Counted from the first letter of the stretch, positions 32,801-47,656 are shown. The stretch is DNA of 64,000 nt from Hormiphora californensis (GCA_020137815.1 CM035350.1:3968001-4032000), one strand, 5' to 3'. Translations and numbers: made by a program. The notes: generated by a model not told the origin, from the sequence alone.

Positions 32801-35800
32801 ACCGGGGGTTACCATGGTAACTGATGTTATGTTCTAACCCTAGCTAGGCAAGGTAACTAGAGAGTTTCAAAAACAGCTGATATATGGTTGTTAGAGACAC
32901 GAATATCTAGTTGTCATGGTGCACTTACCCTTGATCCAGGCTGTCTTGCCACTTGCGGGAACCAGGCTCATTCCAGAGTTGATTACATACGTCTTGGTCT
33001 TCTTGGTGTATGTCATACCAGTACACTTCTTGTTCTTGTTGCAAGCCCCTGCTGCCTTGGAGGCGGTCTTGTAGGTCTTCTTACCGATCGGTTTGGATAG
33101 TTTGTAGCTGGTCTTGGAGGTATAGTACACTTCTGTGAGAGATAGGAGGTTAGTGGGTGGGGGAGATAGGAGGTTAGTGGGTGGGGGAGATAGGAAGTTA
33201 GTGGGTGGGGGAGATGGGAGGTTAAAGTGAGGCGTGATGTCATAATGTACGCCAACATATTTTCATACTCGCTCCCAAAAGTATCAAAAGTAGAGGCCCC
33301 CACTGCGCCATACATGACTTGATTCATTCTATCCTTCTTCTCTCCCTCCCATCTCTCTCCATAATTACTTGGTCTCTCTCTCTCTATCTCTCCCTCCCTC
33401 CCCCGTTTCTCTCTCCATCTCCGTCTCGTGATGATGTAATTCGTATGCATCACAGTTACCATACACATAGAAAGCTATCGCAAGTCACACAGCTCACAAC
33501 TTTCAATATGTGATACCCTAGATGTGTTCATTCTCATAGCTCTAGCATAGCTTTCGAATCGAAGCTCTATTCGGATAACTTTGCTCTGATTTTCAGCAGA
33601 AGATATGTGCTGAAGCACGTGTCTATCCCCTTACCTTTGAGTAGTTGGAATTTCCCGCCTCTCACATAGGCAGTCATACCGCTTGCCTTGCTGAGCGTAT
33701 CGTCATTATTAGTCCGGTACTTCTTAGATCCTTCCGAGGTCACTCCCTATGGATATATTCTGTTGAAAGGAATTTATTACGTGCTCTTGTAAGCTTTGTT
33801 TTACGCTGGTATCGTCACAGTTTGATAAAATTATTTGACTTGTAATATTCAAGAAATGCGTGCACCCTGTTTCACTCTTAATTCGTGTACTCTGCTTTTA
33901 CTGTTAGGTACTAGACTGACGTTATATGAAACCGTTAGGAATTCACCGAGATAAGCTGAAAAACACGTACCCTTTTTCTCTCTCAGGTATATATTTAGGG
34001 CCCATGTGACAAGCGATACGATAGCCTCCTACTGCAGCAACTCACTTTATTATGTTGCTCCTTCTACTCTGTCTGACAGGCAACCTCGTATATGGTGGGG
34101 AATACTACCTTGGTGCGGACACTACCCCTAACATTGGTAAGGGATTCTACCTGCCTCAAACCTCAATTTACAGACTCAGTTTAGGTGGGAAGAGCCTGTT
34201 TAAAAACCTCCCCGACCGATGCTACAAATCCAGATCGGAGGGTGGGAAAACTAAAGCGGAAATCCTGTTTTTCGAGACCCCAGAATCCTTCTACCGATAT
34301 CTCGGTGCGGAGTCAGGGCTGATACATGAGGACGTGGTGGCACACACCTTCTACCGGACCCTCCTGGATGCCTCTCAGAGCATTGATCCCAACCTTGCGA
34401 TTAGGGGAGCTGGGATAGAAATCAGTAAACAGACCACGGGGTATGATATAGATCCGGATTGTCTGTCCAGTGAAGCGCTAGATCCCCAGCTCGAGAAAGA
34501 CCTGGCATCCCTTCCAGATGTGGTTGAGAAACCCGAGATGAGGGGAAGTTGGGCTGCATACGAGGTATTCCTCAAGAAATATGGCACACACTACATTAGG
34601 GGTGTGTTCTATGGGAACAAAATTGTACATTTCGTGTTTGGGAAACGCTCCAAGGGGTACAGTGACATTGAATACGGTGCTGCCGCGTGCAAGAACCTGA
34701 GAAATGCAAGTCTCTCATTTTGTAAACAATATTGGGATTCGGATTATGAGAAAGTGACAACCATGGAAACGGGAAGTTTCTATGAGGTACGTGGAGGGAC
34801 CACCCAGGCCCGGGCTAGAATGACTGCAGGGTACCCCAGTGCAGAGATGCTATATGATTTCATCCAGGGGGAGACGACTGGAGACCAAGATGTTAATTTA
34901 TATCTGGAGCCAGTATCTAGCCTCCTGAAGAAGAGATATCTGGGCAGTAAACATTTCACTAAGGTCCTGAATCTCCTCCAGTATTACGATGGATTTGTTG
35001 CCCTGGGATGCTATAAGGAGAATATCCATGGTGTACCGAGTCAGAGGTTCAGGTTGGTTAGTTCAGAACACGGTATCCCCGAGTACTCGTGCGAACAAGC
35101 CAAAACAGGATGCCGGTCAGATGATGATTGCCACCTAGCTCCAGCCTCTTTCTGGACGGCCTGTTACTGCTACGGGCAATCCTGTATTGTAAAGTCCAGT
35201 CTGACAATCCCTGAGTATGGCTCTCATGTGACCCGTGGGGTGAGGAGAGAGGCAACGGGATCCTACTACGAGGGAGAGAATCTATCATGCCACTATCAGG
35301 TCGGACCTAGCTGTTACTGTGGACAGGACCATAAAAACAAGTGGGACAGTATTTGGCCACCATCTACCTCTGACATATCACGGGATCTGGAGACATACAG
35401 AATGTTGTACACCAATATGGATAATAATGAACTCAATGGAGCGAGAAGGGGTGTACTAAATTGGACATTGGGTTTATTATGGATCGTTGCGATCTGGTAT
35501 TGGTATCGCTAGAAGTAATTTCCAATTTTTCATGTTTTGTGTGTTTGTCAGATGTTTGTTCAGATGTTTTTGTGCTTGAAATTAGTTTTTGAAATTAGTA
35601 TTTGGAAGAGTTTTCAAACTCAAAAAAGTGTTCAACATGTTCACATGAAGTCTCATATCATTTACAATCACATACCTGACATGTTGCGGAGGATGCACAT
35701 GCCTTGGTTGCCTTGGAAACGGATTTGTAGATAGTACTACTGTCATAACCTGTCATCCGGTAACCATCCTTCATAGCCCACAGGTTAGAATCACTGGTCA

Positions 35801-38800
35801 ACTGAGAAAATGATGTTATTAGAACGGCTACGGCTACGGATCCCTGATAGAACTGCCAGGGAGAGCCGCCAGATAAAACTTGAAACAAAGTGGTGATTAG
35901 TGGTGATTAGTAAACAAAATGAATGTCACATACCTTGACACCGCTATACACGAATGCAACATGGCCAGGCTTCGGTTTAACCAGTTTAGTGTAAGCATAA
36001 GCAGTAAACTTCTTTCCATTCCATTCAAAACCATTGCAACCCTTCTTCTTAGCACAAAGTGCCATCGCTCCACCAATATCAGTGGCCGTTCCAAGCTTTT
36101 TACCGGCTGTGGTGGGAAAGAAGTTGGCGATAAAGTCCTGAGATTGATCAAAAGACCATGTTACAACACGCTAGACGTGTTGGTTACGAAGTCACCTGCA
36201 CCCCTGTTGGCCTGTTATTATATTGCGGAGGGGTAATTTCATTACCAACTGGACGTGATACGATACTAAAATCCCGATACTAAAATCCCCTAACTACATA
36301 ATATTCTCATCACTTACCCATTCCAACGGGTGATTTGCCGATGTAAGCCCGGTTACCAAAGCTCACAATCCTCTCCGTGGTGTAGTAGTCACCCTTGGTC
36401 CATAGAATGCCCTTGGTACTTGCCTTCACCGCACCACCCTTATTCAACCTATAGAGGCGGGAAGAAGTTAACACCAATCTCAATACTGCCCAGTTCCGAG
36501 ATCTCATAGGTGTCTTCGAAAATTCGGGTAAGAAAATGAAGGCTCGTCACGAGACCTCCCATTGGTTATCACTATCAGAACCGCACGTGCGTTGTGCGCC
36601 GCGCGCGTGTGCCGTGTATCTTTCTCTCTCACACTCGTTCTGTTGCAATTCACCTTTTGTCTTTTGTTTGCGAGTGTGTGTTCCTTTGTAAATATTAAAT
36701 GATTGTCTAATCATCAATGATCTCATCTGTATTCTTACCTATAATTTTTGGTCTTGACCTTGCTGACCCCAACACAGCCTGATTTGCCGGCACATGCCTT
36801 CTTAGCAGAATTCTCTGTCTTGTAGACCTTCTTATTGAGGAACTTAGCACTGACGTACCCAGCAGTCTCGATAAACCGATAATCTGAAGTGTGGGGGTTA
36901 ATTATTATTCATCCAATTGGTGGTTGAAGATCTCGAATCTGGATATAATTCAACTGTTCCCATAGACCTCAATTTATTACGATGACTCGAAATTCTTTAG
37001 TTGTGTTTGCTTTCACGGAGCTTCCCCAGACCCAGTAACTTGTTTCTAGTTCTAGTTACTATTTCTAGTTCTAGTTACTATATCAGTTCCCTTTTTACTA
37101 CTTTTTACTACTGTTTCTATCTTTCTCCTCCCTCAATAACACTTAACCCTTTCTTGTTATTATTCACACGATATCTCTATTTGTACGCTTGTAATAATCA
37201 CCCAACCTATACCATCCCATTTTCAGAACTAGTTCCCGGCCTCCCTTTCTTTCTTTCGTTTGACCCTGTCGCCATCTCTCCCCCTCCTTCTAGCCCAACT
37301 ACCCAACTATTATAGTCCCCAGCTCTCTTACCGCTCTGGGTGTCGTAGTCACTCTCCTGAACCCACGCATTGTTACCACTGCTCGTCTTAGGAGTAGACC
37401 CCGTGTTCAGCCTGTACTTCTTGCTCCCCTCCTTAGTCACACAATTACAGGCACTCTTTAGCCCACAGTCCTCGAGAGCGCTGGCCAGGGATGTGTACAC
37501 CTTGTTACTAGCGTACCCAGTACACTTGTTACCCTTGTGAATGGTGAACTGTTTGACGGAGGTAAAGATGGTACCGTCACCGTTCTTGACCCAAGATTGG
37601 GATTTGGGTTTAGGGGAGGGTACACTTCCCTTGGCCAGTTTGTACTCGTCCGAACTTGTGCTCGTTACACCCTTACACTTGGAGTCACTTGCACATGCTG
37701 TAACAGAGAGAGAAATGATAGTTAGATGTTGTTATTTATTATTGTCGGGGGGGGGGGGGGGGGGGGAACAAAACAAGTCTGGCGATTTATTATTTTTGTC
37801 TGAAAATTTCATTAGGTTGGGGCGCCTGGAAATGTAAACAGTTTGAACAACACACTGATTGCTGGAATTTTTAACAACCAATGACCGGTGGCCCCCGACA
37901 ATTTATTCTAAAATTTTAAAGCAAAATTATCGACAAACAAAGATCAATTATCAGGGGAATGGGGATACACAACAACACGTACCCTTGAGAGCAGCAGTGA
38001 TGGACGTCTTGGTTGTGTATGTTTCACTCAGCTCAAAGGGTGCACTATACTTCCAGGTGTATCCACTACTGGAAACAGTGAAACTCTGACTTCCCTCCTC
38101 CTTGCCTCCCTTTATGTACGTGTTGTACCCGGTCTCAGGCCGGACACCGTGCCCCTTGCACAGCTGGTAGTGGGTGGATGATTTCCTGTTGACCGCCGTA
38201 CACTCCGCGTCCTTGGCGCAGGCTGCACGGGCTGCAGGGAGGGCTTTGTAGACCTGTTTCTGGATCTTGCTGCTAGCGTGGTTGTTCATTATGGTCCAGA
38301 AGTAATCTGAGAGAGGGAGGGGTGGTAAAATATCAGTAGTAAATTATATAGGGTATATAATGTACTATGTAGTAGACAGACAAACAGACATAAAGACAAA
38401 CAAACAAACACACGGCACTTCTGATTGGTGGATATACGGGATGTTACGTACCGTTAGCTTTGTCCATTTGGTTACCCTTGATCCAACACTTCATGCCTGC
38501 CTTGGTGGTTACCTTACTGCTGGCATTCAACCTAAACACCTTGGTTCCTTCCTGTGTTACACCTGTAATAACAGTATCGTGTTACCATGGTAACCCCAAA
38601 GGATTTGCGCTAATTTCTGAAAACTCACCACTACATCCGGAGGAGCTGACACAAGCCTTGAAGGCGGCAGAAGCACTCTTGTATTGTGCGTTTGAGAGGT
38701 AGCTGGAGAGTTTGCACTTGCTGCGAAGGTCCCAGAGATATCCACTGATATGGATTGTGTCCCCACCCACCAGGTACGCCTGATGGTTCCAGGACTCTGT

Positions 38801-41800
38801 CTTGTCCACCTAGTGGGAATATTCGTTACGACTCGGTACTTAATTGTCAAAGTGCTATTTTAGGAGCACTCCATTTACAGCAATCATATCACGGAGATAA
38901 TGGAAATACCTGGTTGTGAAGGGTGAATGATCCCTTGGATTTGTTGAGGGAGACACCCTTACAGCCCTTAGTCTTGAGGCATTTCTTGAGGGCGGCAACC
39001 TTGCTACCCGCAACTCCAATCTTGCCCTTAGTCAGTTTGTAGGGTGAGAGTACCTTCCAGGATTTACCTGAAGTAGTGGTGTGAGTGTCCTATCATACCA
39101 ATCACTTGAATCAGAACTCACTATTCTAATTTCTATAAGGTCTTAACTCTTACTTACACTCCCCGTTGTTACCAATTAAGTGTTAACCATGGTAACCATG
39201 GTAACCGATCTTACCTCCGTGTGTGACGTATCGCACAGTGGTCTTCAACCCTCCTCTCAGGTAGGCAACCATTCCAGACTTCTTCTTGGGAACGCTTCCC
39301 TTGTTAACACTGTACACCCCACTCTTCCTCTTGGTAACCCCCGTACATTTGGAGGACTTGGCGCACACCTTCAGGGCCGCCTTCAGGGTCTTGTACTTCT
39401 TCTTGTCGAGTGCCCCGGGGATCATCTTGCCGTTAAGGATGGACCACGTGTAATCTCGATACACCCGCACAGAGTTGCTGGGTGGGAGTGGGGGGATTTA
39501 GAGACAGAGTTGCTGGGTGGGAGTGGGGGGATTAAGAGACACCCGCACAGAGTTGCTGGGTGGGAGTCCCAGTGTCAAAGTATCTCAACCCGACTAGGAG
39601 CCTGAGTTTTATTAAAAATTTGACTAGGAAGGAAACAAATGTTTCTATTTTAATACATAATTAAGTTTTAACACATTGATTAATTAACTAGATTATTGTA
39701 TAATAACAAAAGGTTAAATTTAAAAAAAAGTAATGACTAAGATTTTTGTCAAACCTGGGGATCGAACCCGAGTCGCCTGCTTGACAGGCGAGAATTGTAC
39801 CACTCGACCACCAAGCTTCTGCCATTGGGACAATTCAGCGCTGTATATAATGTTTAGATCTCTAGTCTACAAAGCATGACTTTTCAGCAATTAGCTTATG
39901 GTGCGCTGCGGGATCCCTGACTAGCACATGATACCTCCTAGGCTCCCTCTCTACCTACTAGAGATCCTGACAACGATGAGAGAGATCTCACACATATGCA
40001 TTGACAAGCGTTCTTCTATGATATTTTGATGCTATCAGTGTCATGTTACAACACGCTGGAATGAATAAAGAGAGAGAAAAATTATGAAAGTAAAAAGTAA
40101 GCCAAATCACCCCATCCGGATTCGAACCCAGACCATCGGGGTGAGAGTCCATGGTGTAACCACTACACCACCGATGGAAAATGGAAGTGGTGAAAATCAG
40201 AGTTCTGCAAATCAGAGAAAATACAAAGATGGTGATTTGAATAGAAGTTTGTCACCCCTAACTACATTGTTTTTTAAAATTTGCTACAACAGTAATATAC
40301 CATTTTCTTAATTTCTCACTATGATTTTCACATTTTAGAAATTTGACTAGATGTTTTGGCGATAAAATTGACTAGCAGCCAGGATCCCTAGATACCCGAA
40401 CTTTGACACTGGGGTGGGAGTGGGGGGATTTAGAGTGGGGGGGGGGGGGGCAGAGTTGCTGGGTGGGAGTGGGGGGATTAAGAGACACCCGCACAGAGTT
40501 GCTGGGTGGGAGTGGGGGGATTTAGAGACACCCGGACAGAGTTGCTGGGTGGGAGTGGGGGGATTTAGAGACACCCGGACAGAGTTGCTGGGTGGGAGTG
40601 GGGGGATTTAGAGACACCCGGACAGAGTTGCTGGGTGGGAGTGGGGGGATTTAGAGACACCCGGACAGAGTTGCTGGGTGGGAGTGGGGGATTTAGAGAC
40701 ACCCGGACAGAGTTGCTGGGTGGGAGTGGGGGGATTTAGAGACACCCGCACAGAGTTGCTGGGTGGGAGTGGGGGGATTTAGATACACCCGGACAGAGTT
40801 GCTGGGTGGGAGTGGGGGGATTTAGAGATAGCTGTAAATATCAAACTTGGGTACAATGGTTAGATGAGGGGCAAGAAGAGAGGAGAAACCAGGGGACTCT
40901 GATCATCCCTGATCCCTTACATGTTCCTATATATACCTGCCAGCAACATAAGAAGTATATCCAGACTTTGTTTTCTTGCTCTTCTTGCTCGCCGTCACAT
41001 ACTTCCCATTCTTCTTCTTTACCACTCCCTTACAACTGCTGCTAGCAGCACATTTCTTCAGAGCGGTGGTACGGTCTGAGTACTCCTTCGCTCCCAATCC
41101 TCCCAGAGTCGTGTCTGTTGCTTCAGACCAGGTTTTACCTCTGTAAAGAGCGGTTGTTATGCTGTTGTTATGGATACCGGTTGTTATGGATACCGGTTGT
41201 CATGGAGCGAATAATGGTTACCATTTAAAAATTATGGATCTCTCATGATATATTGAGTATGGGGTTTCTAACTCTGCTTGTATACGTCATGTGGTGTTCA
41301 AAATTCGAACATAAATGTTCAAATTCAATAGAAATATCACACTCGGATAAAAATTGTTCATGTACTAACCCGAGCACAGTGACCTTTCCTCCCTTAATGA
41401 AGACTGTCATCTTGGCCCCGGGTTGAGCGGTGGTACCGGTATTCAACGAGAACTTCCCAGTGTCATCCTTGGTCACACCGTTACAGTTACTGTTATTGAT
41501 ACAAGCCTACAGGAAGGGAAGATTGTCATAGTTACAGTTATTATTATGAACTGTAGCCTGGTCACCTGGGTTACACAGTGGTAACCAAGGTAACCGATAT
41601 AAAACAGTTCTTTCTAAGATTCCCTGACAATTTATTACCTTGAGTGCGGCGCCCTGTTTCTTGTATTTCTTCTTACTGGCTTTTCCACTCAGCTGGTAGG
41701 GGCTCTTTACCTCCCAGCTGTAACCCTTGTACGTGATCTCGTAACTGGTTTCCTTGGTAACGTCCCCACCTCTCAGGTAGACCGTCCTGCCCGAGCTATA

Positions 41801-44800
41801 GACCGGTTTATCACCCGTATTAGTCCGGTACTTGCCCTCTTTCTCCATGGTGATTCCCCGGCATTTTGCGGACTTGGCACACGCTACCTGGGCTTCCGCG
41901 AGGGTTTTGTGTTCGTTGCTGTCGACGTAGCCGGACAGAGAAGCATCACTCACCTCAGACCAATACACACCTGGAGGACATTGAATTGTTCATACAGCTG
42001 GCGACTCATGTAGGAGACACTCGTTAATTAGGTATCTATCATAGAGTCTATGGTAACCATCTATGGTAACCATAGTTACTAATGCAACAAAGGTAACCAT
42101 GGCAACTTCATCATTCACTTACCAGAGACAGTGGTGTAGGCTGATCCCTTGACGAAGCAAGTCTTTCCATTGGCCTTGGTGGGTGTTCCACTCTTGCTGA
42201 GACGGAAGTTACCGGCCCCGACCTTGGTGACACCCTTACAGTTGCTGTTCCCAATACATCCTGTTATGGCCTTGCTCAGTGTCGTGTACTTGGTGTTGGA
42301 GGCCCGGCCTGACAACTTGCATGTCCCGTGTTTCGACCACATGAACCCTCCACTGCTAATCAGCACTCCCAGGAGTTCCCAGGCAACACCGCCCAGCTTT
42401 TGGACCTTGTTGTTTGCTGAAAGGGGTGGTATGATTAGGGATATGAATAACTTTGATAACTTGTTGCTGAACGCTGAATGCGTATTTGCCGTATTTTATA
42501 TAAGCTGAAATAGTTGAGGGGTAGCAAGTTGGTCAACCTTGCCAGCACGTACCAGTGTTAAGCTTGTATTTTCCTCTTGAAATCCTACTGTATCCCTTGA
42601 ACTTGCCCTTTATAGCGGCATCTCTAACCTTCCTGACATCCTTGTAGACCTTCTTCTTCAAACCGCCCATTACATACGGACTGGAACCCTTCCAAACTCG
42701 ACCTGCAATTGATACACGGATTTAAAGGGTTTGAAAGGGTTATCGGTGGTTGGAACTACTTTTACTTTCTCACACACGTTTGTCGTAAACTAAAATAATA
42801 CAATACTGTGGGGTATATGTTCTTACCTCCGTGAGTCACAAAGTATTCCATGGTAAACCGAGATCCCTGGATGTAGATGGTGGAACCAGAACTGCTAGTG
42901 AGATCAGTTCCCTTTCCACAAATGAACACCTTTGCAGATTTCTTGGTAACCCCGGTACACTTATCATCCTTGGCACACACAGCAAGGGCTGCTGCCAGAG
43001 TAGTGTACTTTTTGTTGCTATAGTTCTTGGTATACTCCAGTCCAGATACCTTGGTCCAATAGTAATCCTGTTCGATTATCAGCTTACTGGACTTTACATA
43101 CGCCACTGCCTTCTTGCTGTTTTTCTGAGTTTCCGAGCTGTTCAAACGGTAGTTACTATCTCCTTCCTTCGTCACACCCTTACATCCGGGTGTCTTGGAA
43201 CATGCGTTCAGTGCGGATTCCCGGGTCTTGTAGACCTTGTCGTTCACATAACCAGACAGGGTCTTCTTCTTGTAGAGAGCCCAGGTGTATCCTCCAGCCT
43301 TGAGGACCTTGCCTCCCTGGATCCAAACTGCCCGTCCCTTGTGGGGGCTCACCGTGGCCTTGCTGTTCAGCCTGAACTTCTTAGCTCCCTCCTTGGTTAC
43401 TCCCAAACACTTGTCAGTAGCGGCACACGCACTGAGAGCTGCGTTCCGCGTCTTGTACTTGGCCTTATCAGCGTACCCAGAGAGTGTAAAGGGCTGCTTG
43501 AATGTCCAGGAATACCCAGCGTATGTCATGGTGAACTTCTGAATGGACACAATAGCTCCTCCCTTGATGTAGGCAGTCATACCGTTCTCTGGTATGGGAA
43601 TGAACCCAGAGTTTAGCCTATACTTGGAGTTTGCTTCCATGGTAACACCCTGACATTTGGAGTCTGTGAGACAGCCCTTCAGAGCTGCATCTCGGCTCTT
43701 GTAGCTCTTGTTATCAGCGTAACCCACCAGCCGGTAACCCTCAGCTTCAGTCCAGTAGTACTTCTTGTACAGGACAAACGGATCTGAGTGGGGGTGATTG
43801 GGCTGTGAAACTGAAAATACACAAGTATAACAAGGAAACTATAAATAGAAATCATATTTAAAGTTTAAAGATACATGATCACATGATCAGTATGAATGAA
43901 TTGCAATTACAACTTACTGCCTTGGATGTAAGCATTCTTTCCCTTGGCCGTTTTGGGCATGATTTCCGTGTTGAGTCTGTACTTGTTGTCCGCGTGTTGC
44001 GTGACACCCTTACAATCAGTGGATCCTGCACAGGCAGAGTAAGCCTCCTTATCAGTCTTGTAGATGATATCATTGAAGGATCCAGTGAGTTTCTTATTGG
44101 GGTGATAATCCCACATGTACCCATTAGCCTCCATGAACTTGCCACCCTTGGCATAACAAATACTACCCACTCCGTCCTTCAGCTTTAGAGATTTGGCTCT
44201 GGTGAACTTGGAGCCGTCATAGTTGACAGAGTTACAGTTTTTACTCTTGATACACGCGTCCAGTGCATCAGATAGGGTGTTAAAGGTGGACCCGTAGCTC
44301 AGATCACAAACCTTGGCTGACCGAGCATGGATCACACGACCTGGGAGGGGTGTGAGTTAGTAAGATAGCATCGAAATAAAGAAGGACTCCTATAGTATGT
44401 CTGACTTAGTTGTGGATTATACTTTATCATCGACGGGCTATTATAAAGGAGAGCTAACAGATGTACTCACCAGCGTAGAAGAGAGTAAAGGAGGTGGTAG
44501 CAAGACCGCCCCTGACGTAAGCAGTTCTACCCTTCTTGGGGGTGACTCCAGCACCTGTATTCAGCCTGTAGTCCCCATCGCCAAACTTGGTGAACCCTGA
44601 GCACGTGCCCTTCTTAGCACATGCCTTCGCGGCAGCCTTCTTGGTCTTGTACTTCTTGCTCCCCGGTTTGCCTAGTTGCCAATTCTCCTGTGGTGTCCAA
44701 TCATAGCTACTCATGGTCTCCACCTGGTCGCCCTGGATCCACACCTTGTACCCCTTGACGCTCTTGGTAACACTGGAGCTGTTCAATCGGTACTTGCTCG

Positions 44801-47566
44801 ATCCCTCCTTGGTTACTCCCTTACAGGCGGCCTTAGAGGCACACACCTTGAGGGCGGTCGTCTTGCTCGTGTAGACCTTCTTGTTGTAGTATCCCTGGAG
44901 TTGTTTGTCCTTGAGGTAGGTCCACGTGTAGCCCTTGTAGGAGATGGACTTGCCAGACAGGATGAAGGCAGAGTTGCCCTTGGCAGGGTGAGGTGTACCG
45001 CCCTTAGCGAGGCGGTATTTCTTCCCATTGAATGTCACTCCGTTACACTTGGAGGATGAGGCAGCACAGGCTTTTAAGGCACTATCCTTGCTTCCATACT
45101 TCTTTCCATAGGCCCCCTTCAGCTTGAAGGGGTGATGGTAGGTCCAAGCGTACCCTCCGCTGGCAAGCGTCATCTTGGACTTCTTAACAAGCTTGTCAGT
45201 TCTCAGGAAGGTGATGGTTGTGCTCTTTGGGGTGAGTTTCACGTCCTTGTAAAGGTAGTACTCCTTGCTACCCTCCTTGACAACACCCTGACAGGTCTTC
45301 TGAGCTGAAGCACAGGCCGTCAGAGCAGATGCCAGGTCGGTGTATTTCTTGTTAGTTGCCCTCTTTGTTAGTGTGTATCGAGGCATCTTCAGCCAGTTGA
45401 ATCCTGTGGAAATACATGGTAGTCATAGGAACGAACATTGGTTAATTTACTAACAGATAGCATAGAAAATTCGGCAGGTCGGAAGAATCTCGACACCGAA
45501 ATATATATGTATTTCAAATACATATGTATTTCAAATACACATGTCTATTTCAACTGAAATATATATGTATTTCAAATATATATGTATTTCAAATGCTAAT
45601 GAGGGGGATGGACATGTGATACGATTCTGGAACGCCTTATTAGCAGTGGGAGACAATACGGGATATGAACCATGTGATTCGGGGAAGCTTATTAGCGGTA
45701 GGAGACGATACGAGATATGGAACATGATTCGGGGAAGCCGATCAAGAGTGTTAGACGATATGAGACACGATTCGGGGAAGGTTTCTATCGCGTTCCATCC
45801 CTATGACCCTATCCACATCGATGTGTCTCTCTGTCTGTCTCTCTTTCTTTCGAATGAGAAAAGACAGTTTCGTCGCTTTCCTAGCAGGTAGATGTAGGCG
45901 GTAAGCGGACTCTAGTGCTAAAATCACGAAAAGCGAACTCGAGATTTCGGCCGCTAGGCCGGAAACGAGAGTTTGCTGTGCCTTTATACTCGTTTAGAAG
46001 TGTTAGGGCTGTTATTTGGGTTCGAGGTTAGGGTTTAGTGTAAAGGTTAGGGCTAGATAAAGAGTCCTCCTTGGGTTTATATAGAGTCCGTTAGCACTAG
46101 AGTCCGCCTACCAGATGTAGGCACCTAGCCTCTCGGTCGTTTCTTGCAGATTGTCGGTTTAGCTAGAGAAACCGGATTGGAAGGAGGTGGCGGCATTGAA
46201 GGACTAATGGTCAGGGAGGTCAAGAAGATATCATCCATTCAATTCGCATGGCTAAACCATGTCTTTTCTCATATCATTCGGTAAAAAGTTATGGGTATCT
46301 CTCTTTCTCCATGTTTCTCTTTCTCCCTTCGAGAAAGTGAGAGAGAAAGAGGGAGATAGAGAAAGAAAGAGAAAGAAAGAGAGACACAGAGATGTGGATT
46401 GGGTCATAGACTTCTCACATATCGCTTATCAGTTTTGTTGCTCCAGCTCGCTGCTGATCGCACCCTTTGTTCAACTGATCCTGCTATTGTACTAAAAACT
46501 TGTTCAACACGGAGATGGATCGTACCTTCTCCAGCTGGCGCCATGGAGGTCCAGGTGGAAAGGCTTGTACTGCGGACTTCCTCAGGTTAGAGACATCTAT
46601 CATTGCTACACTACGGCGTGCTGCGGGGTACTCTGAACCCAACAAAGAGGGAGGTGAGTTTGATCCGAACAAGTTGACGAACAACTACTTGAAAGGGCTA
46701 GATACCAACAAGAAGCTGAAGATAATCGCTGACATGGCTGGTCTTCTCTGGTACCGGTCACTGCCTCTCTCACAAATGACCAGGAAGCAGATAGAGGAGA
46801 AGAAAGAGGATACAAAACCTGCTATCAGTTGCCCGGCTAATGATAAGTTATCAGATAACATGGAAGTCGATTTTGAAGTCCTAGACGATCTGAAGACCAC
46901 CAGGGACCGTCTTGACGCCACCAAGGATGAACTGTTGGAGCGGGACCGCAAAATCATCGCGTTACAGGACGAGGTTAGTGCCCTCAAAGACTCTATCATC
47001 GCCTACAAGGATTCCCTGCTAGAAAAGAGTATCAGCGCTGTACAAACGGTGGTCAAGGAGGAGATTATGAGCTACTCCACTGTTTTGGAGACTGCCGCCA
47101 CCGCTGTAAAGGAGAGCTGTGTATCTGCTCTCGCCCCCAGCAAGATCCGGACAGCCATCGCCAGTGCCTCTGAAGATCGTACCGCCAACTTGATTGTTTA
47201 TGGACTGCCTGAAACAACGGATAGCAACGATTGTGACAAGATAAAGGACGTGTTCCAGGAACTTGGTGAAGCTCCAGTTGTTTCGAAAGTTGAGAGACTT
47301 GGGAGGAGTGGTGAGCAAGTACGGCCTGTTCGGGTATTTATGAGGACCAGAGAGGCAGCAAGGACAGTTCTGGGGAAGTCTGCTCAGCTCAAAGACTCAG
47401 ACTCTTATCAGACAGTTTATATAGCTCCAGACAGGACTGTTGAGGAGCGAGCTGAGCGTAGAGTTTTGGTAGCGAGATTGAGAGAGAGAAGGGAACTTGA
47501 ACCAGAGAAGACTTGGCGTATTAGAAGGGGTTCAGTTGTTGAAGAGGCCCAGGAAGAGTGAGAGAG

Positions 47567-47656
<90 letters not shown>

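Larger units (their letters stand above)
39568..40413. mobile_element. 846-bp non-autonomous TIR element carrying two tRNA-like sequences
   Basis: 14-bp TIR CCCAGTGTCAAAGT; 8-bp TSD GTGGGAGT at 39560-39567 and 40414-40421. Confidence 0.85.
39461..40830 (-). repeat. ~42-bp minisatellite (~12 units) containing the 3' splice site, split by a transposon insertion
   Basis: Minus unit TAAATCCCCCACTCCCACCCAG|CAACTCTGTSCGGGTGT; the last copy opens the exon (S)NSVRVYRDYTW at 39477. Confidence 0.85.

Noticed and set aside
39751-40178. Functional tRNA-Asp and tRNA-Glu genes
   Set aside because: Acceptor, anticodon and T stems pair poorly and both sit inside a TIR element; reported as tRNA-derived instead.
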